In this document: positions 7,997-14,372 of the stretch, piece after piece | Position numbering within the stretch: position 1 is the first letter of the stretch | How the letters are laid out: each line of letters opens with the position of its first letter | Assembly: GCA_048939245.1 (NCBI GenBank) | Contig: JBHLPR010000058.1 | Location: 1 to 14,372 of the forward strand | Direction of reading: 5' to 3' | From: Promethearchaeota archaeon | GTDB lineage: Archaea > Asgardarchaeota > Hermodarchaeia > Hermodarchaeales > Hermodarchaeaceae | DNA length: 14,372 nucleotides | Program-made: the position numbers and the translations under genes | The notes under the pieces: model-generated | What the model was told of the DNA's origin: nothing | Seen by the model: the letters and a program-made list of their open reading frames with translations, nothing else | Databases searched by the model: none

Positions 7997-9142
7997 ATGC
8001 GACTGTTTGAATATGAAGCAAAAGAGGCGTTTCGCCAAGCAGGTTTACCCCTACCCCGATCGGGGTTGGCTACAACAGCAGATGAAGCCGAAAAGATAGC
8101 AAAGGAGTTGGACAGCCCCGTCGTTATCAAAGTCCAAGTTTTATCGGGTGGACGCGGCAAGGCCGGGGGTATCAGGTTTACAGATACACCCAAAGAGGCT
8201 AAGAAAATTGCAGCAGAACTTTTAGGAATGACAATTCATGGGTATTCCGTTCACCGCGTCTTGGTTGAACAACGTCTCGATATTAAACAAGAAATCTATT
8301 TGGGCATCACCATCGATAGAGGTCGTCGCCGTCCCGTAGCAATTTGTAGCGCGATGGGGGGAGTCGATATCGAACAAGTAGCAGAGGCACACCCCGAAAA
8401 AATTGCCCGATTTTGGGTTGATCCAATTTTAGGGCTTCGTGATTTTGACGCCCGAAATATCGCTAAACGTGCAAGCTTTGAAGGCAAAGCTATGGTGAAG
8501 GTGGCAGGAATGTTGCTTCAGCTTTGGCAGGTATTCATTCAAAATGATGCCGAGTTGACAGAAATTAACCCACTCATCGTAACCACAGAAGGCGAATATG
8601 TGGCGGCTGATGCGCGATTGAACGTGGATGATAATTCCTTGTTTCGTCACAAAGCATTAGCGGAGAGGGTAAGTGCTGGAATCACGGAAAAAACCGAACT
8701 TGAACAACGTGCTCAAAAACAGGGGATGACCTATGTAGAATTGGATGGAAATATCGGCATAATTGGAAACGGAGCAGGATTAGTGATGGCGACAATGGAT
8801 GCGGTCAAATATTATGGGGGAGCACCCGCGAATTTTCTTGATGTAGGAGGTGGTGCCACAGCAGACCGCATGAGTCAGGCTCTCGACATTGTCTTGTCTC
8901 ATCCGGACGTAAAGGCTGTGTTCATCAATATTTTAGGTGGGATAACTAGGTGTGATGAAATGGCACGGGGTATCGTGGAAGCTCAGAAGCAATTGCCACG
9001 ACCTACCCCAATTGTCATCCGGATGATCGGGACACGAGAAAAAGAAGGGGCCGAGATTCTCAAAGCGGCTAATATTCCTTTTTTGGATTCTATGGATGCC
9101 GCAGCAAAACGGATTGTTGACCAGGCACCTAAGGAGGCATAA
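7997..9142 (+). CDS. sucC: Succinate--CoA ligase beta subunit
   Basis: MRLFEYEAK start at ATG 7997 (AGGTG SD), GGRGKAGG, EINPL, GNGAGLVMATMD, PANFLDVGGGA and NILGGITRCD. Confidence 0.96.
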   Translation: MRLFEYEAKEAFRQAGLPLPRSGLATTADEAEKIAKELDSPVVIKVQVLSGGRGKAGGIRFTDTPKEAKKIAAELLGMTIHGYSVHRVLVEQRLDIKQEIYLGITIDRGRRRPVAICSAMGGVDIEQVAEAHPEKIARFWVDPILGLRDFDARNIAKRASFEGKAMVKVAGMLLQLWQVFIQNDAELTEINPLIVTTEGEYVAADARLNVDDNSLFRHKALAERVSAGITEKTELEQRAQKQGMTYVELDGNIGIIGNGAGLVMATMDAVKYYGGAPANFLDVGGGATADRMSQALDIVLSHPDVKAVFINILGGITRCDEMARGIVEAQKQLPRPTPIVIRMIGTREKEGAEILKAANIPFLDSMDAAAKRIVDQAPKEA

Positions 9143-9144
9143 CG

Positions 9145-10014
9145 ATGACTATTTTGATTGATAAAAAGACAAAAATTCTTGTGCAAGGAATTACGGGTCG
9201 TGAGGGACATTTTCACACCCAAGCCATGCTTGAATATGGATCCACGGTGCTTGCTGGGACCACCCCAGGTAAAGGCGGACAGGAGATTGAGGGTATCCCG
9301 GTTTTTGACAGCGTAATTGAAGCGAAAGACCAGTTTCCTGAGATTAATGCATCGATTATCTTTGTTCCTGCGCGTTTTGCAGCGGATGCGGCCACTGAAG
9401 CTTTGGATGCGGGCCTTGAAGTCGTAACCGTGATTACTGAGCACATTCCAGTTCATGATGAAATGCGGTTTGTTGAATTGGCACGTCAACAAGGAAGCTA
9501 TATCATTGGACCAAATACACCCGGGATTATTACACCCGGTCAGTGTAAGCTTGGAATAATGCCTGCCCACGTTTTTGCCCCAGGACGAGTAGGATTGATA
9601 TCTCGCAGTGGTACACTCACCTACGAAGTGGCAGCCAGCCTTACAGACGCGGGATTTGGCCAATCGACTGCAATCGGACTTGGAGGAGATCCCATTGTTG
9701 GGATGTCATTTGTGGATGCCCTCAAGCTCTTTGAAGAGGACAAAGCGACGGATGCGATGGTTCTCATTGGAGAAATCGGAGGGAACGCTGAAGAAGAGGC
9801 TGCAGAATATGTCAAGGAACATATCTCCAAACCGGTATTAGCGTATATTGCTGGCCGAACGGCCCCAAAGGGAAAGCGGATGGGGCACGCTGGAGCCATT
9901 GTGAGTGGAAAGACTGGAACTGCTGAAGGAAAAATCAAGGCGTTACGAAAAGTAGGAGTAACGGTGATAGATCGCCCCATTGATGTTGATGAAACACTAC
10001 AGAACCTCCTCTAA
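9145..10014 (+). CDS. sucD: Succinate--CoA ligase alpha subunit
   Basis: VQGITG, IGPNTPG, SRSGTLTYE, GLGGD, IGEIGG and the phospho-His motif RMGHAGA. Confidence 0.97.
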   Translation: MTILIDKKTKILVQGITGREGHFHTQAMLEYGSTVLAGTTPGKGGQEIEGIPVFDSVIEAKDQFPEINASIIFVPARFAADAATEALDAGLEVVTVITEHIPVHDEMRFVELARQQGSYIIGPNTPGIITPGQCKLGIMPAHVFAPGRVGLISRSGTLTYEVAASLTDAGFGQSTAIGLGGDPIVGMSFVDALKLFEEDKATDAMVLIGEIGGNAEEEAAEYVKEHISKPVLAYIAGRTAPKGKRMGHAGAIVSGKTGTAEGKIKALRKVGVTVIDRPIDVDETLQNLL

Positions 10015-10028
10015 TTCTCGCGATATCC

Positions 10029-10036
10029 TTTTAAGG
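10029..10036 (+). promoter_or_regulatory. Putative TATA box for rpl40e and tRNA-Val
   Basis: TTTTAAGG about 40 nt upstream of the rpl40e ATG; SD AGGTGA at 10060-10065. Confidence 0.55.
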
Positions 10037-10070
10037 TACCAAAGAAACCGCACCTCGTTAGGTGAATACG

Positions 10071-10232
10071 ATGCCTGTTGCTGACCCAGAAAAACGCCGT
10101 ATTGCATTACGACATCTTCTCTATGTCACTATTTGTCGTGATTGTGGGGCAAAGAATCCCTTTAAGGCTACCAAGTGCCGTCGCTGTCACCGTAAGAACC
10201 TACGACCCAAACGACGTGAACTCCAAAGGTAA
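10071..10232 (+). CDS. rpl40e: 50S ribosomal protein L40e
   Basis: Not in the ORF track (53 aa). Manual translation: MPVADPEKRRIALRHLLYVTICRDCGAKNPFKATKCRRCHRKNLRPKRRELQR*. It has the L40e signature ICRxCGAxNPxxATKCRRC...LRPK and an AGGTGA SD. Confidence 0.96.
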   Translation: MPVADPEKRRIALRHLLYVTICRDCGAKNPFKATKCRRCHRKNLRPKRRELQR

Positions 10233-10246
10233 TCGTGCACCTTGTA

Positions 10247-10354
10247 GGGCCGGTAGTCTAGTGGTATGACGCCGCTCTCACAGGATTTAGCTCCAAATGG
10301 CTGGATGCGAGGAAACGGCGGAGGTCGCGTGTTCAATTCACGCCCGGCCCACCA
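10247..10354 (+). tRNA. tRNA-Val(CAC) with a 33-nt anticodon-loop intron and encoded CCA
   Basis: Acceptor stem GGGCCGG/CCGGCCC plus ACCA, D arm GTCT-AGTGGTA-TGAC, anticodon stem CCGCT/GGCGG with CAC at 10279-10281, variable loop AGGTC and T arm GCGTG-TTCAATT-CACGC. Removing 33 nt restores the 7-nt loop CUCACAC. Confidence 0.93.
10282..10315 (+). other. tRNA intron (33 nt: either 10282-10314 or 10283-10315)
   Basis: Extra sequence in the anticodon loop, with an internal hairpin ATTTAGCT/GGCTGGAT and a 4-bp helix TCTC/GAGG flanked by ACA and AAA bulges. Confidence 0.88.
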
Positions 10355-10409
10355 TTTTGTCACCGTGGACTGAACAGAGGATAGCAAACAAGCAGGAGCA
10401 TCACAATGC

Positions 10410-10415
10410 TTTTAA
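10410..10415 (+). promoter_or_regulatory. Putative TATA box for rpl38e
   Basis: TTTAAG about 45 nt upstream of the TTG start, bracketed by ATCACAA/TTGTGAT. SD AGGTGA lies just upstream of the start. Confidence 0.55.
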
Positions 10416-10457
10416 GTTGTGATTCTGCCTCGTAGCCAACCCCCAAGGTGAACAATC

Positions 10458-10652
10458 TTGCCTCGTGAAATTCAAAGCGAAGAAGAATTCCTTGAAATCG
10501 TTGAACGGGCAAATGAGATTCGTGTCAAGCGACTTCGAGATTCCGTCAAACTGAAACTACGCACGCCTAGCTACCTGTATACCTATGTTTGTGATCCTGG
10601 GACGGCTGAACGGTTGCTTGCAGGCATGAAGCTTCCAATCGTTGATCTTTGA
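10458..10652 (+). CDS. rpl38e: 50S ribosomal protein L38e
   Basis: MPREI...FLEI...RVKR...VKLKLRTPSYLYT matches the L38e signature K(F/L)KxRxxxYLYT. TTG start with AGGTGA SD. Confidence 0.92.
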   Translation: MPREIQSEEEFLEIVERANEIRVKRLRDSVKLKLRTPSYLYTYVCDPGTAERLLAGMKLPIVDL

Positions 10653-10668
10653 ACCCGAATCTAGTAAT

Positions 10669-10678
10669 TGTTTTTTTG
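10669..10678 (+). terminator. Oligo-T tract, possible archaeal terminator after rpl38e
   Basis: A T7 run about 20 nt after the rpl38e stop, between convergent genes. Confidence 0.4.
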
Positions 10679-10681
10679 GTG

Positions 10682-11557
10682 TTAGGGAATAAAGGGTAAT
10701 ACCCAGCGCAGTAGGAACCCAAGAGTCATTCCCAAAAGGCCTAAGGCCACAGGAATGGGAAGGCCAGCCATTATTCCTCTTTGTTCTAAGAGCTTAAGGG
10801 TAATAAGAAACCCAGCGACAACTCCTACTACGGTCAAGAAGGCAGGAAGGAACCCAAAATTCACTACAGCGAGAACCGTCATCATGCCATAAAAAGCCAC
10901 ATCACCCAGGCCAATATCCCATTCTGCTGTTGAAACAGCTAAATTTCCAATTTTGTCAGGATCATCTTCGGTGAGCTCGACAATTTTTCGGATTGGTCCG
11001 CGTTTCACCGAGATATAATCGTAGATAGCCAATCCTATCAAAAGCAGAACGCTAGTCCACACCGGAAGGACAACCCCCAGAAATGCCCCGATCGCTGCTC
11101 CAAAGATGAGTAAGGCACCATTTTTTCTTCGATTATCAGCATCAACGGTAATGAATGAGAGACTCATGGTCATTATTAGAGCGATCAGAATCAAAGATGC
11201 CAGAATTGGATCTATGAACTGGAAAACGACGACATACATGTATCCGAAATATAGTACTACTACGATGCTGATAAAGCCAAATGCGCCTAGTAATAGGTAA
11301 CGAAGGAAACGTTCGCGGCCATATTTCAACAGTAGAACCATGAGTGTGGCGCCCACTGTAGCTAACACAACAAAAAGAATTGCATTACCCACAGCGGCAA
11401 AGAATCCGAATTCAGATTCTGGTATGGGCTCTGCATATAAACGGAAACCTGAGAGAAAGACGACGATTCCAAGAAGGGCTGCTGTTATCATCGAAGTAAT
11501 TAAGTTCACGAGAATTGTGCTGCGATCACCTGAAATTACCGGCATTTCATCTGCCAT
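10682..11557 (-). CDS. Presenilin-family (A22) GxGD intramembrane aspartyl protease
   Basis: About 9 hydrophobic segments, catalytic YD (D180) and GLGD (D219), and AGLP at the PALP position. GGTGA SD upstream. Confidence 0.92.
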   Translation of the reverse strand: [291 protein letters not shown]

Positions 11558-11574
11558 GACGTTTTCACCATGTA

Positions 11575-12837
11575 TTAGGGGAGTTCAATTCGTTGCCCTG
11601 TCTCAGCAACATGAGCATTTATGCCATTCGTTTCGTGCAATGTCTTTGCTAAATAGTGACATGCCTCAGGCTCCCCATGAACCGTATATACTGATTCAAG
11701 CTTGGGGAACGAGCGCCCGAGTTCTATTAGTTGATTTTGACCCGCATGAGAGGAGAAATCAAAGAGCTGATACTTCGCTTTCATGCGTTTGGGTCCTGAC
11801 CCATAGTCGTAGGATCCGTTCTCAAGAAGTTCGCGGCCAGGTGTTCCAGGTACTTGATATCCGACAAGTAGAACCGCGTTTCTCGGATTGTGCATGATTT
11901 CACTAAGATACATTGCAGCCGTTCCGCCTTTGAGCATACCTGCAGGTGCTACAATCAATCCGGGCTTTTTAGTGAGACCCTCTCGTTGTCGCCGACTACG
12001 AATCCATTGAGCGTTGCTTAATGCCCGTTTTAGGAGCTTGAAATTTCGGAAAAAACGTGGGTGCTTTAGAAATATCCGTGAAGCATCACGAGCCATGCCG
12101 TCCATGTAAATGGGAAAATTAACTTTGTGTTTTGTGAGAACACAGATGATTTCTTGGGCTCGTGCCACGGCAAAGGCGGGAACTAAAACAGTGCCTCCAT
12201 TTTCAATAATTTCTTCTGCTGAGTTTACGAAATTCTTTTCGATGGTCTGTCGCTCCTCATGGACAGTGAGAGCGTAGGTGCTCTCGGATATGAGCGTATC
12301 TGGTGTGTTTTTAGGAACGCGTGCTGCTTTGAGCAGTTGTGTGTCGATGGTGTTGATATCCCCGGTATAGAGCACATCGTGATTGGGTGTTTGGACATGT
12401 ATTGCAGCACTTCCGGGGATATGCCCAGCATCATGGAATGTTATTGTGATATCATCTTTGAGTTTGATTGGTTCCTTATAGTCTACAATGCGTATCCTCC
12501 GAAGCAGACGATCCAATTCCTCTTTTTCGAAGGGAAGGAAATAGTTACTCAATCGAATCATATCTTTGAGCAGCATTCTGATTAAATCACGGGTTATTGC
12601 CGTCATGTACACAGGAACTGACCCACTGGCAAAGAGTAGAGGAAGCCCGCCACTGTGATCTAAATGCGCATGGCTGAGCGCGACGATGAGATTGGAAGGT
12701 CTTGTCAACTGAGGAAAAGTCGGATTTCCGTTGAAGGACGCCCCAAAATCGCAGAGAATCGACGTGTCATTTTCTTTTACTAAATATGCAGAGCTGCCTA
12801 TCGTTTTACAGCCACCCAGAAATTGGAGTTCAGTCAA
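11575..12837 (-). CDS. beta-CASP metallo-beta-lactamase ribonuclease without KH domains (aCPSF2-like)
   Basis: LSHAHLDHSG (HxHxDH), AGHIPGS, YTGD, ISESTY, PAFAVARAQE, GMLKGG, VGYQVPGT, FSSHAG and VHGE. TTG start. Confidence 0.92.
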   Translation of the reverse strand: MTELQFLGGCKTIGSSAYLVKENDTSILCDFGASFNGNPTFPQLTRPSNLIVALSHAHLDHSGGLPLLFASGSVPVYMTAITRDLIRMLLKDMIRLSNYFLPFEKEELDRLLRRIRIVDYKEPIKLKDDITITFHDAGHIPGSAAIHVQTPNHDVLYTGDINTIDTQLLKAARVPKNTPDTLISESTYALTVHEERQTIEKNFVNSAEEIIENGGTVLVPAFAVARAQEIICVLTKHKVNFPIYMDGMARDASRIFLKHPRFFRNFKLLKRALSNAQWIRSRRQREGLTKKPGLIVAPAGMLKGGTAAMYLSEIMHNPRNAVLLVGYQVPGTPGRELLENGSYDYGSGPKRMKAKYQLFDFSSHAGQNQLIELGRSFPKLESVYTVHGEPEACHYLAKTLHETNGINAHVAETGQRIELP

Positions 12838-12975
12838 ACTTTTGCGAGTCCCCTACGCCGATACGTGGGTTTCTTGGCGGGAATTAATGGAACGCCTTTT
12901 GAATGTAAACATAAATGTATTTCGAAGGGTGTAGGTTCTTTGGGTTACCAGATTTTCTCTAATCAAGGAAGAAAA

Positions 12976-12982
12976 TTTAAAA
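12976..12982 (+). promoter_or_regulatory. Putative BRE and TATA box for the PAC2 gene
   Basis: Purine-rich GAAGAAAA followed by TTTAAAA, about 40-50 nt upstream of the start. Confidence 0.55.
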
Positions 12983-13016
12983 CTCTCCACCATTTTGCTA
13001 CAGCCAGCATGAGACA

Positions 13017-13769
13017 GTGGTGACTGTGATGGAATATTCTGAAGAAATCAAAGTTATTTTACATAATCCCGATGTAAAACTAGAGAACCGAATCTTAGTT
13101 TCCGGATTTCACAGTGCGTTAGGTGAAACAGGGTATATTGTTCTCCGCCATTTAGCGGCGCAAGAATCAGCCCAGCCAATCGGATGTATTATGAGCCCGC
13201 TGGTCCCTCCACATGTGTTTATTGGTGGTGACCGACTCCTGATGCCCATCGAATTATATGAGTACGGTGACCGCTTCATTCTCTTATTCACTAGGCTTCA
13301 GCCCCACCGGGCAGAGTGGGCCCCATTTACGGAAACTGTCGCCAATTGGTGCGCTAATATGAAGTTCAAGGAAGCTGTTCTACTTGGAGGGTTGGATATG
13401 CAATTTGCCGAGGGCGACGAACGGTATCGCACCGCTTTCACCTCCACCTATCGAGAAACTGCCCAGAAATTTGATTTACCCGTCCTCGAAGAAGGGCGAG
13501 GCATCTATGGTCCGTTAGCCCTGCTCCTAGCGAATTTTCAAATTCGAAATTTCCCTGCCGTGGCAATTTTACCGTATGCTGAAAGGGGGCGCCCCGATCC
13601 CCGGGCGGCAAGTGTGGCAATTGAGGTCTTTAACCAATTATATGATCTTGATATTGAAACGGAAGAGCTAGCAGCTGATGCAGAAGCTATTGAGAAAGAG
13701 ATTAAGCAATTGCTTGAACGCCAGCATGAACGGGAAAATGATCGCGGCGCGGGCGGTATGTTCGTCTAG
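13017..13769 (+). CDS. PAC2-family proteasome assembly chaperone (PbaA/PbaB-like)
   Basis: LVSGFHSALGETGYI, PIELY, LLGGL, IYGPLALLL, PDPRAA, C-terminal helix IETEELAADAEAIEKEI and an HbYX-like tail (MFV). Start may be ATG 13029. Confidence 0.88.
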   Translation: MVTVMEYSEEIKVILHNPDVKLENRILVSGFHSALGETGYIVLRHLAAQESAQPIGCIMSPLVPPHVFIGGDRLLMPIELYEYGDRFILLFTRLQPHRAEWAPFTETVANWCANMKFKEAVLLGGLDMQFAEGDERYRTAFTSTYRETAQKFDLPVLEEGRGIYGPLALLLANFQIRNFPAVAILPYAERGRPDPRAASVAIEVFNQLYDLDIETEELAADAEAIEKEIKQLLERQHERENDRGAGGMFV

Positions 13770-13784
13770 CATTCGAGAGAGAAG

Positions 13785-14126
13785 CTAGTGCACGGGGGTT
13801 CCTGGTGGTAATTCCCGTTCAGGTATCACTAATACTACCTGGTAGTCGGAATCTCCTTGTTGCCCCACTTCAGCGGCTAAAAGCATACCCTCAGATTTTT
13901 CACCGCGAAAAACGGCTGGTTTGAGGTTGACTAAGATGACCAGTTGTCGACCAACCAGAGATTCCGCGGAATAGTATTGGGCGAGCCCCGTGACAATTTG
14001 GCGCGTACCTAATTTTCCAAGATCTATTTGCAGTTTCAGCAGATTCTTGGTGCCTGGCACCTTCTCCGATTTCGTGACCGTGGCAACACGAAAATCCAGT
14101 TTCTTGAAATCATCAAAACTAATCAT
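13785..14126 (-). CDS. Stand-alone tRNA-binding OB-fold protein (Trbp111/CsaA/MetRS C-terminal domain-like)
   Basis: ISFDDFKKLDFRVA, LLKLQIDLG...RQIVTG and VNLKPAVFRGEKSEGMLLAA. Confidence 0.92.
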   Translation of the reverse strand: MISFDDFKKLDFRVATVTKSEKVPGTKNLLKLQIDLGKLGTRQIVTGLAQYYSAESLVGRQLVILVNLKPAVFRGEKSEGMLLAAEVGQQGDSDYQVVLVIPERELPPGTPVH

Positions 14127-14334
14127 AGGATACCACTTCTAAACACGCATTGTCTCTGCAAATACTATTTAGCTATGCCTCTTCAATAGCACCGACTAAA
14201 TTCCGCTCCCATATTATAAGAAAATCGCAGATGCTTTTCGCAAAGCGAGTTTCTAAAGAAAGAACTAAAAGTTCGCTGACAACGGTCGTAAATGAAGAAG
14301 CGGATTAGAAACTACGCTACTTGGTGAAATTGCG

Positions 14335-14372
14335 GTGGCACGACGTCCATGGACAATAGTCACCCTCATCGT
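14335..14372 (+). CDS. Possible start of a secreted or membrane protein, truncated by the window edge
   Basis: GGTGA SD at 14323-14327, then GTG-ARRPWTIVTLI..., a basic-then-hydrophobic start. Only 12 codons are visible. Confidence 0.35.
   Translation, partial: MARRPWTIVTLI

Noticed and set aside
8983-9663. 226-aa minus-strand ORF, plus other overlapping track ORFs (e.g. 1307-1606, 2738-3085, 5049-5420, 9621-9980, 11340-11897, 12259-12585)
   Set aside because: Shadow frames of well-supported genes, with no recognisable motifs.
10015-10232. Possible ubiquitin-L40e fusion as in eukaryotes
   Set aside because: Only 56 nt separate sucD from the L40e ATG, which has its own SD and TATA box, so no ubiquitin domain is present.
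10078-10387. Track ORFs 10078-10269 (+) and 10187-10387 (-)
   Set aside because: Explained by rpl40e in another frame and by the tRNA-Val gene.
14127-14334. Weak hairpins (ATTTAG/CTAAAT, GAACT/AGTTC) and an 11-codon ORF MKKRIRNYATW at 14292-14327
   Set aside because: Short stems are expected by chance in AT-rich divergent promoter DNA, and there is no support for a leader peptide.

Overview
Archaeal chromosomal housekeeping region, probably TACK or Asgard. This is inferred from L38e, a free-standing L40e with an MPxxDPEK N-terminus, a eukaryote-like presenilin, GGTGA/GGAGG Shine-Dalgarno sites, TTTAA-type TATA boxes and a BHB-type tRNA intron. Gene order: enolase 5' end (-); METTL5-like methyltransferase, csl4, a 74-aa DUF2067-like ORF, rpoL, an RNase III-like protein and TFS (+); geranylgeranyl reductase-family and HAD hydrolase genes (-); pth2, truD (+); NusA-like Zn-finger/KH protein (-); Lrp-type regulator, sucC, sucD (+); rpl40e (absent from the ORF track), intron-containing tRNA-Val(CAC), rpl38e (+); presenilin-type intramembrane protease and beta-CASP nuclease (-); PAC2 proteasome chaperone (+); Trbp111/CsaA-like OB-fold protein (-); a possible truncated ORF at the right edge. 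I saw no mobile elements, CRISPR arrays or defence islands, and I cannot claim a new multi-gene system. The most notable items are the compact eukaryote-like presenilin (PAL replaced by AGL) linked to a beta-CASP RNase, a tRNA intron that best fits a non-canonical 36/37 splice register, and recurrent inverted repeats around TATA boxes. All family calls come from motif recognition by eye, not database searches.
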